The translations under genes and the position numbers were made by a program. Source: Frankia alni (GTDB lineage Bacteria > Actinomycetota > Actinomycetes > Frankiales > Frankiaceae). From it: 64,000 nt of DNA. The notes below the pieces were generated by a model that was not told the origin of the DNA, ran no database searches, and worked only from the letters and a program-made list of their open reading frames with translations. Below, one piece after another: positions 27,535-36,183 of the stretch. The stretch spans positions 32,938 to 96,937 of the forward strand of contig JAMFSN010000116.1 in NCBI GenBank assembly GCA_026225295.1. The letters are read 5' to 3'. Numbering within the stretch: position 1 is the stretch's first letter; every line of letters begins with the position of its first letter.

Positions 27535-27788
27535 AGCACGGGTGTAACCGGGGCCAACCAGCGGTGTCGAGCCGTATGGATGACAAACCGCGCAACCGTC
27601 CGCGGCGGTCCATCGCGTGTTTACGGGGCGTTCACCTCGTATCCGTGCCGTATCGAGTCCCTTACCGAATGTGTGCGGTCCCCCGGTTCGGGTGGCGGTC
27701 GCCACTCCCGCTGAGCGGTCGGGGTGCCGGGGCCGTCCGGCTGGCATCATTCGTCCGGGACCCGCACTTTCCCGCGGAGGGCAGAACG

Positions 27789-28521
27789 GTGACGGTCGGA
27801 CTGGATCGGGTCGGCGCGGTCGGACGGATCACGATCGACCGCCACGAACGCCGCAACGCGCTGGACATCGAGCATTGCGACGCCGTGGGGGCCGCGGTGG
27901 TCGAAGCCCTCGCGGCCGGCGCCCGCAGCCTGCTGGTGACCGGCGCGGGCAGCAGCTTCTGCTCCGGGGCCGACCTCACCGCGGTGTACGGCGAGCCGTT
28001 CCGAGCGGCGCTGTACGGGATGATCAGCGCTCTGGCCGACGCGCCGGTTCCGGTCGTCGCCGCGGTCAACGGGCCGGCCATGGGGGCCGGCACCCAGTTG
28101 GCCATCGCCTGCGACCTGCGGGTTGCCGCCCCGACGGCCCAGTTCGCGATCCCCACCGCCCGGACCGGCCTGGCCGTCGACCCCTGGACGGTCCAGCGCC
28201 TGGCCACCCTGGCCGGGGGCGGACCGGCGCGGGCCCTGCTGCTGGGGGGGCGACAGCCTGACCGCCGAACGGGCTTACGGCTGCGGTCTGGCCGACCGGT
28301 TGGGCAGCGTCACCGACGCGCTGGCCTGGGCGCAGGAGATCGCGACACTCGCCCCGCTGAGCCTGGCCTACTCCAAGAAGGCCCTGGATCAGGTCGGGCC
28401 GGCCGCGGCGGCCGCCCCGGAGGTGACGGCGGCGTTCGACGCCTGCTGGACCAGTGCCGACCTGAAGGAAGCCCGGCAGGCCCGGGCCGAGAAGCGCCGC
28501 CCGGTCTTCCAGGGCCGCTGA
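27789..28521 (+). pseudogene. enoyl-CoA hydratase/isomerase family gene interrupted by a +1 frameshift in a G7 run
   Basis: Frame 0 (27789-28250): GRITIDRHERRNAL, FCSGADL, AAVNGPAMGAGTQLAIACDLRVA...ARALLLGG. The frame then degenerates to Arg/Gly/Pro. Frame +1 continues DSLTAERAYGCGLADRL...LAPLSLAYSKKAL...ARQARAEKRRPVFQGR. The switch is at ggggggg 28244-28250. GTG start after ggaggg. Confidence 0.75.
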
Positions 28522-29230
28522 CCTTCTGGGGCCGCTGACGGAAGCGGCCCGGCGCGACTGTCATCGTCGGTGCGCCCCCGGAGGCACGCTGACGGGCCCA
28601 GCCCACGGTCGCCCGGCCGGGGCGGATGCTCCGTGGACAGAGGTCATCGTTGACGGGCCGCTCGGCGTGCGCTCACCCGTTCCGCTCGGACGAGTAACCT
28701 GCGGCGGCTGGGTCAGCGGGCTGCCGGGCGTCCGCTGGCACCACCGGTTGGTCTCCCACGCCTGCGTCCCGGTCGTCGTCGGCGCTCTTGTCATCGTCTA
28801 CGGGCCACCTGACGCGCGCCGACCCGGCCAGCCCTGACCAGTAACCGACGGTGGCCGGGTCAACGGACCGCGGGACGTGCGCCGCCCCGGCCAGCTCGGA
28901 CTAGTGACCAGAAATGGCTGGGCCAACGGACGCCAGACGCGCACCCGGTCAAGGCGCAGTTCTGAGCGACCGTCAGCGCAACTGAACAGGCCCAGCCCGC
29001 TGACGATGCCAACGTCCGATCTCCGGGGAGCCGGCGTCCCGGCCCCGCGATCGTCATAGTCAGCGGGGGGCCGGAGGCGCGCTGACGGGCCCAGTCCGCG
29101 GGTCGCCCGGCTCGGTCGGATGCTCCGTGGACAGACGTCATCGTCGACGGGCTCGCCAGTGCGCGCTGACCCGACCAATGCGAGGTGGGCCGCGGACTGA
29201 GAGCGGTCCGGCCGGCGGCCCACCTACCAT
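28512..29230. repeat. array of nested degenerate direct repeats (MIRU-like) filling the intergenic gap
   Basis: Two ~120-bp copies at 28560-28679 and 29053-29173 (about 80% identical by eye). Five ~37-nt subunits begin GTCAT(C/A)GT at 28560, 28644, 28790, 29053 and 29137. Three ~58-bp units lie at about 28676-28736, 28824-28882 and 28887-28942. GCTGAC-type motif occurs more than 10 times. Confidence 0.8.
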
Positions 29231-29268
29231 GGACCGTGCCCGAACCCACTCGACAAGATCGGACCGCG

Positions 29269-30093
29269 GTGCCCAACGGTTCGCCCGTCGCCACGAGTCC
29301 GCGTCTGCTCGACCTGCTGACCCTCGAGAAGATCGACCGAGATCTCTACCGGTCCCAGGTCGTGTTCCAGGACGTGCACATCCTCTACGGCGGTCAGGTC
29401 GCCGCGCAGGCCCTGCTCGCGGCCGGTCTGACGGTCCCGGACGGCCGGGCCCCGCACTCGCTGCACGGCTACTTCCTGCGCAGCGGGGACGCCGCCCGGC
29501 CGACGGTTTTCCGGGTCGACCGGGACCGCGACGGCCGGTCGTTCTCGGCCCGGCGGGTGGTGGCGGTGCAGGACGGCGAGGTGATCCTGAACATGGCCGC
29601 CTCGTTCCACCGGTCCGAGGAGGGCCTCGACCGCCAGGTCGAGGTCGCGCCGACCGGCCCGCCCCCCGAGCAGCTGCCCCCGTTGCGCCTGCCCCGCCTG
29701 TTCGGGGTGGAGGGCCGGCGGCCCACCCAACCGGACGAGACCGTGACCTCGCCGACCCGGTTGTGGATGCGGGCCACCGAACACCTGCCCGACGATCCGA
29801 TGCTGCGGGCCTGCGTGCTCACCTACCTGTCGGACCTGTCGACCGGACTCGGCTCGCTGCGGACGCCCGGCGCCGCGCCGGGTTCGACCATCGATCACGC
29901 GGTCTGGTTCCACCGGGCGGCCCGGCCGGAGCAGTGGATGCTGATGGACCTGCGGCCGGGCTCGGTCGCGGGCGGCCGGGGTTGGTACACCGGGTCGATC
30001 TTCGACGCGGACGGCGTTCTGGTGGCCAGCCTGACCCAGGAGCTGCTGTTCCGCGCGCCCCGCCAGCCGGCCCGGCCGTCGGCCTGGGAGTGA
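29269..30093 (+). CDS. tesB: acyl-CoA thioesterase II
   Basis: LLDLLTLEKIDRDLYRS, YGGQVAAQAL, HSLHGYFLR and DGRSFSARRV match TesB double hot-dog motifs. GTG at 29269, alternatives at 29236 and 29185. Confidence 0.8.
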   Translation: MPNGSPVATSPRLLDLLTLEKIDRDLYRSQVVFQDVHILYGGQVAAQALLAAGLTVPDGRAPHSLHGYFLRSGDAARPTVFRVDRDRDGRSFSARRVVAVQDGEVILNMAASFHRSEEGLDRQVEVAPTGPPPEQLPPLRLPRLFGVEGRRPTQPDETVTSPTRLWMRATEHLPDDPMLRACVLTYLSDLSTGLGSLRTPGAAPGSTIDHAVWFHRAARPEQWMLMDLRPGSVAGGRGWYTGSIFDADGVLVASLTQELLFRAPRQPARPSAWE

Positions 30094-30151
30094 TCGCCGG
30101 GCCGCGGGCCATGATTGACCGGGCGGCCCGGACCCGCCTTAGCATGGCGGC

Positions 30152-30624
30152 ATGAGCCCGACCGTCGCCCGCGACCTCACCATCGACCGGCAGGCGCTGC
30201 TGGACTTTGTCGGCCGCGCCACCACGGCATCCTGCTGACCACCCGGCGGGGCGGCGGGCCGCAGATGTCCCCGGTCACGATGGGGGTCGACGGGGCCGGG
30301 GACATCCTGGTCCCGACGTATCCGGAGCGAGCCAAGGCCCGCAACGCCCGGCGGAACCCCCGGGCGGCCGTCTGCGTGCTGTCGGACTCGTTCAACGGCG
30401 ACTGGGTGCAGGTCGACGGCGCGGTCACCGCGGTGGATCAGCCGGCCGCGATCGATGACCTGGTCAGCTACTACCGCTCGATCAGCGGTGAACACCCCGA
30501 CTGGGCCGAGTACCGCGAGGCGATGGTCCGGCAGGGCAAGGTGCTGCTGCGGCTCACGGTCGAGCGCTGGGGCCCGATCAGCCGGGGCGGTTTCCCGGAA
30601 CGCCTGGTCGACCCGACGTCCTGA
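30152..30624 (+). pseudogene. PPOX-class F420-dependent oxidoreductase, apparent 1-nt frameshift near codon 19
   Basis: The ATG 30152 frame gives MSPTVARDLTIDRQALLDFVGRA, then a stop at 30236. The adjacent frame continues RPRHHGILLTTRRGGGPQMSPVTMGVD...YRSISGEHPDW to 30624. The alternative 169-aa TTG ORF (30115) has a junk Arg/Pro N-terminus. Confidence 0.6.
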
Positions 30625-31114
30625 CCGGTCGCGGTGCCCGTTCGTCGTCCGGCCGGGCCTCGAACAACTGCGCCTCGAACAGCCGGGCCTCGAAGTGGCG
30701 GCACCCGTCGGGCGCGGAGTCCCGGTGATGGGCGAGCACGTGCTCCAGATATTCGCGGGCCTCGGTGAGCCGATCGGCCTGGGTTCGCAGGTCCGCGATC
30801 CGTTCTTCGACGATCCCGGTCCAGCCCCGGGTCGCGGCCGGTCCGGCCAGGATGCCGCCGATCTCGTCGAGACTCATGAGCCCGCATCGTTGCCAGTACC
30901 GGATGACGGCCAACCGACGGATCTCGTCCGGCCCGTACCAGCGCCGGCCGGACCGCCGGGACGCCGGCGCGACCAGCCCCCGCTGCTCGTAGTAGCGGAT
31001 CGCGGAGGCCGGTAGCCCGAGCCGACGGGCGACGGTCTCGATCGGCTCGAGGTCCGCGTCGTCGGCGCCCGCTCCGGTCCCGCCCGGCTCGTCCCCGTGG
31101 GCCTCGGTGCGCAT
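30578..31114 (-). CDS. MerR family transcriptional regulator
   Basis: IETVARRLGLPASAIRYYEQRGLV...RRWYGPDEIRRLAVIRYWQRCGLMSLDEIGGIL is a MerR HTH plus coiled coil. ATG at 31114. Its 3' end overlaps the PPOX gene by 47 nt (convergent). Confidence 0.8.
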   Translation of the reverse strand: MRTEAHGDEPGGTGAGADDADLEPIETVARRLGLPASAIRYYEQRGLVAPASRRSGRRWYGPDEIRRLAVIRYWQRCGLMSLDEIGGILAGPAATRGWTGIVEERIADLRTQADRLTEAREYLEHVLAHHRDSAPDGCRHFEARLFEAQLFEARPDDERAPRPVRTSGRPGVPGNRPG

Positions 31115-31144
31115 GTGACGAACTATCGCGCGCCGGACCCTTGC

Positions 31145-31162
31145 GTTCAAGCCGGCTTGAAC
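31145..31162. promoter_or_regulatory. perfect 18-bp palindrome, candidate MerR operator
   Basis: gttcaagccggcttgaac is perfectly self-complementary. It lies between the divergent MerR (start 31114) and MFS (start 31245) genes, with ttgcgt immediately 5'. Confidence 0.55.
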
Positions 31163-31244
31163 CGGCAGCCTGGCCAATGTCCATCACGCCGGGCGACCCG
31201 GCGTCGCACCGGTGCTGGTGGCCGAGCCGAGGAGCGTTGAGCCG

Positions 31245-32540
31245 ATGTCCCGACGACCACGCGCCCAGGCCGCTGGGTCGGGCCGTCGCCTGCTGGTCGA
31301 CCTGACCCCGCTGCGGGCTTCCCGGGACGTCCGGGCCCTGGTCGCCGGGCAGGCCGGGTCGGTCCTGGGTTCCCAGATGACGGCGGTGGCCGTCCCCTAC
31401 GAGGTGTACCGGCTGACCGGCTCGTCGTTCGCGGTCGGCCTGGTTTCCCTGAGCGTGCTCGGCCCGTTGCTGCTGGGCTCGCTGGTGGGCGGGGCGGTGG
31501 TCGACGTCGTCGATCGTCGTCGCCTGCTCGTCGTGCTCCAGACGACGATGGCGGTGCTCGCCGCCGGTCTGGCGCTCAACGAGGCGTCGGGGCCCTCGCT
31601 ATGGCCCCTGTTCGTGGGGCCGGCCCTCATCGGGGGCCTCAGCACGTTCGAGGACTCGGGCCTGGGCGCCGTGATCCCGAGCCTCGTGCGCCCCTCGCAG
31701 GTTCCGGCGGTCAACGCGGTGTTCCAGGCACTGTTCCAGTTCGGCCTGGTGGCCGGGCCCGCAATCGCCGGCCTGCTGGTCGCCGGGGCTGGGACCCGGT
31801 GGGTCTTCGGGATCGACGCGGCCTCCTTTGCCCTGGCCGCTGTCGCCACCCTCGGGATCGCCGCACCGGCTCCGGTCGGCGGTGGCCCGCCGCCCGGGCT
31901 GGGCTCGATCGCGGCCGGGTTCCGCTTCCTGCGCGGCCGGCAGTCTCTGCAGGGCGCGCTGCTGATCGATCTCAACGCCACCGTGCTCGGGCTGCCCCGC
32001 GCGCTGTTCCCGGCCCTGGCCGCCACGGTCTTCGGTGGCGGGCCGGCCACGCTCGGCCTCCTGTACGCGGCCCCGGGGGTGGGAGCCCTGGGTGGCGCAC
32101 TGGCCAGCGGCTGGGTCACCCGGGTCGAACGCCAGGGGCGGGCGGTCATCATCGCGGTCGTGGTCTGGGGACTGGCGATTACCGGATTCGGATGCGGTCC
32201 TCCGCTCGGCGTCGCCCTGGTCCTGTTGGCCGTGGCCGGCTGGGCGGACGTGGTGTCGGCGGTCTTCCGGAGTTCCATCATCCAGCTCGGCGTACCCGAC
32301 GAGCTGCGGGGACGCCTGACCGGGTTGCAGACCGCCGTCGTCACCGGCGGCCCGCGGCTCGGCGATCTGGAGGCCGGCGCGGTAGCGGCCGGTCTCGGCG
32401 ATCTCGGGTCGGTGGTCTCCGGTGGTATCGGCTGCGTGCTCGGCGCGGTGCTGCTGGCCCGCCTCCGACCCGGGTTCCGCGCGCAGACCCGACCCGTCCC
32501 TTCCGACGACCCCACGCCGCAGGCGACGGCACCGCTCTGA
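31245..32540 (+). CDS. MFS transporter (EntS/MFS_3-like)
   Basis: LRASRDVRALVAGQAGSVLGSQMTAVAVPYEVYRLTGSS is the typical N-terminus of this subfamily. 12 hydrophobic segments. Confidence 0.85.
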   Translation: MSRRPRAQAAGSGRRLLVDLTPLRASRDVRALVAGQAGSVLGSQMTAVAVPYEVYRLTGSSFAVGLVSLSVLGPLLLGSLVGGAVVDVVDRRRLLVVLQTTMAVLAAGLALNEASGPSLWPLFVGPALIGGLSTFEDSGLGAVIPSLVRPSQVPAVNAVFQALFQFGLVAGPAIAGLLVAGAGTRWVFGIDAASFALAAVATLGIAAPAPVGGGPPPGLGSIAAGFRFLRGRQSLQGALLIDLNATVLGLPRALFPALAATVFGGGPATLGLLYAAPGVGALGGALASGWVTRVERQGRAVIIAVVVWGLAITGFGCGPPLGVALVLLAVAGWADVVSAVFRSSIIQLGVPDELRGRLTGLQTAVVTGGPRLGDLEAGAVAAGLGDLGSVVSGGIGCVLGAVLLARLRPGFRAQTRPVPSDDPTPQATAPL

Positions 32541-32622
32541 AGCCCGCCCGGCCCGGGTCGCTATCCCGCTCGGGCCGCTCCCGCGGCGGCGGCGCGACGG
32601 CCGGGGGCTACCGTTGGCGGTC

Positions 32623-33300
32623 ATGCCATACACCCCAGTTCCGCGGACCGGCCGGGGTCGCCGACCCGCCGCCGTGTCCCTGCGGGCGTCGCTCGAGCCG
32701 GCTCCGGCGGCGTTGGAGGCAGCCGGGGTCTACACCGGCGTCGGCTTCGAAGGCGCGCAGTTCGCCTCCCAACGGGCCGACGGGGCCGAGTTCGACGGCT
32801 GCCGGATCGCGGCCTGCGACTTCAGCGGCGTCCGGCTGACCCGGTCGATGCTCACCAACGTCGCCGTCGAGCGGTCGAACCTGTCCAATGTGCGGGCCAC
32901 CGGCTCGTCGATGATCCGGGTGGACATCAACGCCAGCCGGCTGACCGGCCTGATCTGGTCAAATGGGCGTCTGCGGGACGTGACCGTGCGCGACGGCAAG
33001 GTGGATCTCGCGAATTTCCGGTCGACGTCGATGAACAACGTCCGGTTCGAGGGCTGCAACCTGCGGCAGACCGATTTCCAGAACGCCGACCTGCGCGGGG
33101 CCGTGTTCGAGAACTGCGACCTGACCAGCGTGCAGTTCTCCGGCGCCACTATGGAGGGCACCCGGCTGGTGAACTGCACGCTGGTCGCCGTGAACGGGGT
33201 GACCAGCCTGGCCGGCGCCGCGGTGACCGCCCGCGACCTGGGCGCGCTGGCCTACTCACTGGCCGGGGCGCTGGGCATCGACGTCGTCGACGCCGGCTGA
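32623..33300 (+). CDS. pentapeptide repeat-containing protein
   Basis: Long run of A(D/N)LXX-type pentapeptides (ADGAEFDGCRIAACDFSGVRLTRSMLTNV...NADLRGAVFENCDLTSVQFSGATMEG). ATG at 32623. Confidence 0.85.
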   Translation: MPYTPVPRTGRGRRPAAVSLRASLEPAPAALEAAGVYTGVGFEGAQFASQRADGAEFDGCRIAACDFSGVRLTRSMLTNVAVERSNLSNVRATGSSMIRVDINASRLTGLIWSNGRLRDVTVRDGKVDLANFRSTSMNNVRFEGCNLRQTDFQNADLRGAVFENCDLTSVQFSGATMEGTRLVNCTLVAVNGVTSLAGAAVTARDLGALAYSLAGALGIDVVDAG

Positions 33301-34592
33301 GTCACGGGCCCCGCCGCCGACGTGGCCGTCCCGACCGTCGCGGCGCCCAGGCTGGTCGGGCGGTCGGCGCGGTAACGCCAGTACGCCGGGAAGGCCAGCA
33401 CGGTCGCGAGGACGGCGGCCACGGTCAGGATGCCGCCGCCGGTGATGGCCCAGGTCGTGCCGAGGGCGGCACCGGCCGCACCGTGCAGGGCGTAGCCGAG
33501 TTGGGGCCCACCGCCGGCGACGATCACGTCGAGGCCCTGCATCCGACCGCGCACGTCGTCGGTGACCGCCTCCTGGAGGACGGTCTTGCGGAACACGCTC
33601 AGCACGATGAGCGCGGCGCCGGCGAGGACCAGGAACAGGACCGCCAGGGCCAGGCTGCGGGCCAACCCGAACGCGGCGACGGCCAGGCCCCAGGCGCACA
33701 CCGCCGTGGTGACCGCAGCGCCCTGACGACGAATTCCGGTGAACGTTCCGGACAGGGCCACCGCGCCCAGCGCGCCGACGGGTATCGCCGCGTAAAGCAG
33801 GCCGATCGCGGGACCGCCGCCCCGTGGACCACCGAACGTCTCCTGGGCCACCTGCGGGAGGAGCGCCGCGGGGTTCCCGAGCACCATGGCGATGAGATCC
33901 GCGAGGTAGGTGACCAGCAGGATCCGGCTCCGGCGCAGGTAGCCCAGCCCGGCGACGATCTGCCGGACGCCGGCCCGGTCGACCCCTTCGTGCAGCGGGG
34001 GCAGCGCCGGCAGTTTCGCCACCGCCCACAACGTCGCGCTCAGCGTGACCGCGTCGATGAGGTAAAGAGTTCCGAATCCGGCGATCGGGAGGAGAACCCC
34101 GGCCAGCAAGGGCCCGACGATTCCGCCCAGGTAGAGGACGGATGACTGCAGCGCATTGGCGGCGGCCAGAAGCTCGGGCGGGACCAACCGGGGGACGACC
34201 GCGCCCCGCACAGCCGTGTTCGCGCCGAACAGGCCCTGCTGGACGGCCACCAGAGCGAGCAGCACGGCGACCGAATGCAGTCCCATGGCGGCCTGGACGC
34301 ACAGCGCGGTCGACGTGAGCGCCATACCGCCGTTGGTGACCAGCAGCATCCGGCGCCGGTCGACGACGTCCGCGACCGCCCCGCCCCAGAGCCCGGAGAT
34401 CACCAGGGGGAGCAGGCCGGCCAGCCCGGCCAGCCCGACGTAGGTCGAGGACCGGGTGATGCTGTAAATCTGCAACGGCACGGCGACCGCGGTCAGGGCG
34501 CTGCCCACCGACGTCACGGCGGTCGACCCCCACAGCCGGCCGTATGGCCGGACCCGCAACGGCCGCAGGTCGGCGACCAGCCTGGTCGGCAC
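33252..34592 (-). CDS. MFS transporter (EntS/MFS_3-like), paralogue of 31245-32540
   Basis: LRPLRVRPYGRLWGSTAVTSVGSALTAVAVPLQIYSITRSS. 446 aa. 49-nt convergent overlap with the pentapeptide gene. Confidence 0.85.
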   Translation of the reverse strand: MPTRLVADLRPLRVRPYGRLWGSTAVTSVGSALTAVAVPLQIYSITRSSTYVGLAGLAGLLPLVISGLWGGAVADVVDRRRMLLVTNGGMALTSTALCVQAAMGLHSVAVLLALVAVQQGLFGANTAVRGAVVPRLVPPELLAAANALQSSVLYLGGIVGPLLAGVLLPIAGFGTLYLIDAVTLSATLWAVAKLPALPPLHEGVDRAGVRQIVAGLGYLRRSRILLVTYLADLIAMVLGNPAALLPQVAQETFGGPRGGGPAIGLLYAAIPVGALGAVALSGTFTGIRRQGAAVTTAVCAWGLAVAAFGLARSLALAVLFLVLAGAALIVLSVFRKTVLQEAVTDDVRGRMQGLDVIVAGGGPQLGYALHGAAGAALGTTWAITGGGILTVAAVLATVLAFPAYWRYRADRPTSLGAATVGTATSAAGPVTQPASTTSMPSAPASE

Positions 34593-34613
34593 GGCCGGGC
34601 GGCTCCGACGCAG

Positions 34614-35762
34614 TTACCCGCGACCCAGCGCCGCCGCGCCGCCCGGGCCCGGCTCCCGTTCCGCCGGGGTGGCCTCGGACGGCTGGGGCTGTCCGATCCC
34701 GGCCCGCAGCGACTCGAAGATGGCCAGGCCCTGCCCGACCAGGCCGGTGGCGATCTCGCCGATGCCGTCCGCGCCGTTGAGCACCGTGACGTTCGCGCCG
34801 GCCAGCCCGCCGGCCGCCTGCTTGACGATCTCGGGCATCTGGTCGATCAGCATCCGGTCGAGCGCGACCCGGTTGTGCGACGCCGCCGCCTCGGCCTGGA
34901 TCTTCATCTTCTCGGCGTCCGCGACGGCCAGGATCCGGACCCGCTCGGCCTCCGCCTCGGCCGGCTTGACGACCTCGGCGACCAGCTGCTGCTGGCGCAG
35001 CTCGGCGGCCCGCTGGGCGAGCTCGGTCTGGGCGGCCAGCACGCTGCGCTGGGCCTGGGCGGACGCCAACGGTCCGGCCTGGGCCGCCTCGGCCTGGACC
35101 TTGTCGACCTCGGCCCGGTACTGGGCCTGGACGACGGAGGTCTGCCGGGCGTACTCGGCCTGCTTGCGCTGCGACTCCTGCTCGGCCTCGGCGGCGGCCT
35201 GGTTGGCCCGGGCCTGCGCGATCTGGGCCTGACGCTGGATCGCGGCGTTGTGCGGCGCGGCAATGGCCGCGATGTACCCGAGCTTGCCGTCGTCGATCGA
35301 CTGGATCTGCAGCGCGTCGACGGTCAGCCCGATGCGGGCCATCTCCTCCTTGGAGCCGTCCAGCACCTCGGTGGCGAGCTTCTGCCGTTCCTGGATGATC
35401 TGCTCGACTGTCATCGACCCGATGATCGAGCGCAGGTGGCCGGCGAAGATCCGCCCGGCCAGCACCGACATCTGATCCTGGTCGGACAGGAAGCGTTGAC
35501 CCGCGTTGACGATGCTCTCGCTGTCGTTGCCGACCTTGAACGCGATCACCGCGCGCACGTTGAGCGCGATGCCCTGGTGGGTCACGCAGGTCTCGGAGAC
35601 CTCGGCCTCACACATCGACAGTTTCAGGAACCGGACCTTGCGGATGAACGGCATCACGAAGCCGCCGTGGCCGGTGACGACGCGGAACGGCGTCTCGCCG
35701 CGGTTCTTGCCACCGGAGATCAACATCGCTTCGTCGGGCGCTGGTACTCGGTAGCCGAGCAT
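34614..35762 (-). CDS. flotillin / SPFH (band 7) family protein
   Basis: SPFH core (IALNVRAVIAFKV, RSIIGSMTVEQIIQERQK) followed by a long Ala/Gln/Glu-rich coiled-coil flotillin repeat. Confidence 0.9.
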   Translation of the reverse strand: MLGYRVPAPDEAMLISGGKNRGETPFRVVTGHGGFVMPFIRKVRFLKLSMCEAEVSETCVTHQGIALNVRAVIAFKVGNDSESIVNAGQRFLSDQDQMSVLAGRIFAGHLRSIIGSMTVEQIIQERQKLATEVLDGSKEEMARIGLTVDALQIQSIDDGKLGYIAAIAAPHNAAIQRQAQIAQARANQAAAEAEQESQRKQAEYARQTSVVQAQYRAEVDKVQAEAAQAGPLASAQAQRSVLAAQTELAQRAAELRQQQLVAEVVKPAEAEAERVRILAVADAEKMKIQAEAAASHNRVALDRMLIDQMPEIVKQAAGGLAGANVTVLNGADGIGEIATGLVGQGLAIFESLRAGIGQPQPSEATPAEREPGPGGAAALGRG

Positions 35763-35793
35763 GACGTTCCCCCTCGATTAGAGACCGTCTCGA

Positions 35794-36030
35794 TTAGAGA
35801 CCTGTTTCGAGAGCAATAGTGGACTCTGTCCAGGGCACGACCACAACCGTCCTCGGGCCCCGGGTATCGATCACCAGGACGGGGGCCCCTTTGGGCAGGG
35901 GTTCGTCCGACCAGGCGAGGAAGGTCTCGACGCCACCCCGGACGCGGACAGCCACCTCGCCGGCGCCGGCCTCGCCCCGGGTCGGCACGACCACGTGACC
36001 GACCCGGCCGACCACCAGCGAATCAACCAT
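35794..36030 (-). CDS. NfeD-like OB-fold protein (soluble, no TM region)
   Basis: 78 aa. GHVVVPTRGEAGAGEVAVRVRGGVETFLAWSDEPLPKGAPVLVID resembles the NfeD C-terminal domain. gggagg RBS; in-frame stop 9 codons upstream of the ATG. Confidence 0.7.
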   Translation of the reverse strand: MVDSLVVGRVGHVVVPTRGEAGAGEVAVRVRGGVETFLAWSDEPLPKGAPVLVIDTRGPRTVVVVPWTESTIALETGL

Positions 36031-36183
36031 CGCCCGCCTCCCGAACGTTCCGCTTCACATCTTTCTCCTACCGTCCGTGCGGCACGATCGGATTCGGCCA
36101 GGAACGGGATCGGCGGTCCTGTTCCCCCGTTGATCCGTCGTGGATGATCCGTCGTCCGGTCGCCCCGGATCCGAACCGAAGGC

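Noticed and set aside
28244-28250. Programmed ribosomal frameshifting at the G7 run.
   Set aside because: There is no slippery heptamer or downstream structure of a known type. A homopolymer indel (sequencing error or mutation) is the simpler explanation.
28560-29173. Reading the GTCATCGT-type repeats as a degenerate CRISPR array or as integron attC sites.
   Set aside because: The inter-repeat segments are themselves repeated (the 120-bp units align end to end). The repeats are only about 65-80% identical. No cas or integrase genes are in the window. No RYYYAAC/GTTRRRY core pairs are present.
30578-30624. The 47-nt convergent overlap of MerR with the PPOX gene, and the 49-nt overlap at 33252-33300, read as signs of antisense regulation.
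   Set aside because: Such 3' overlaps are common in GC-rich genomes with long open tails. Nothing in the sequence supports a specific mechanism.
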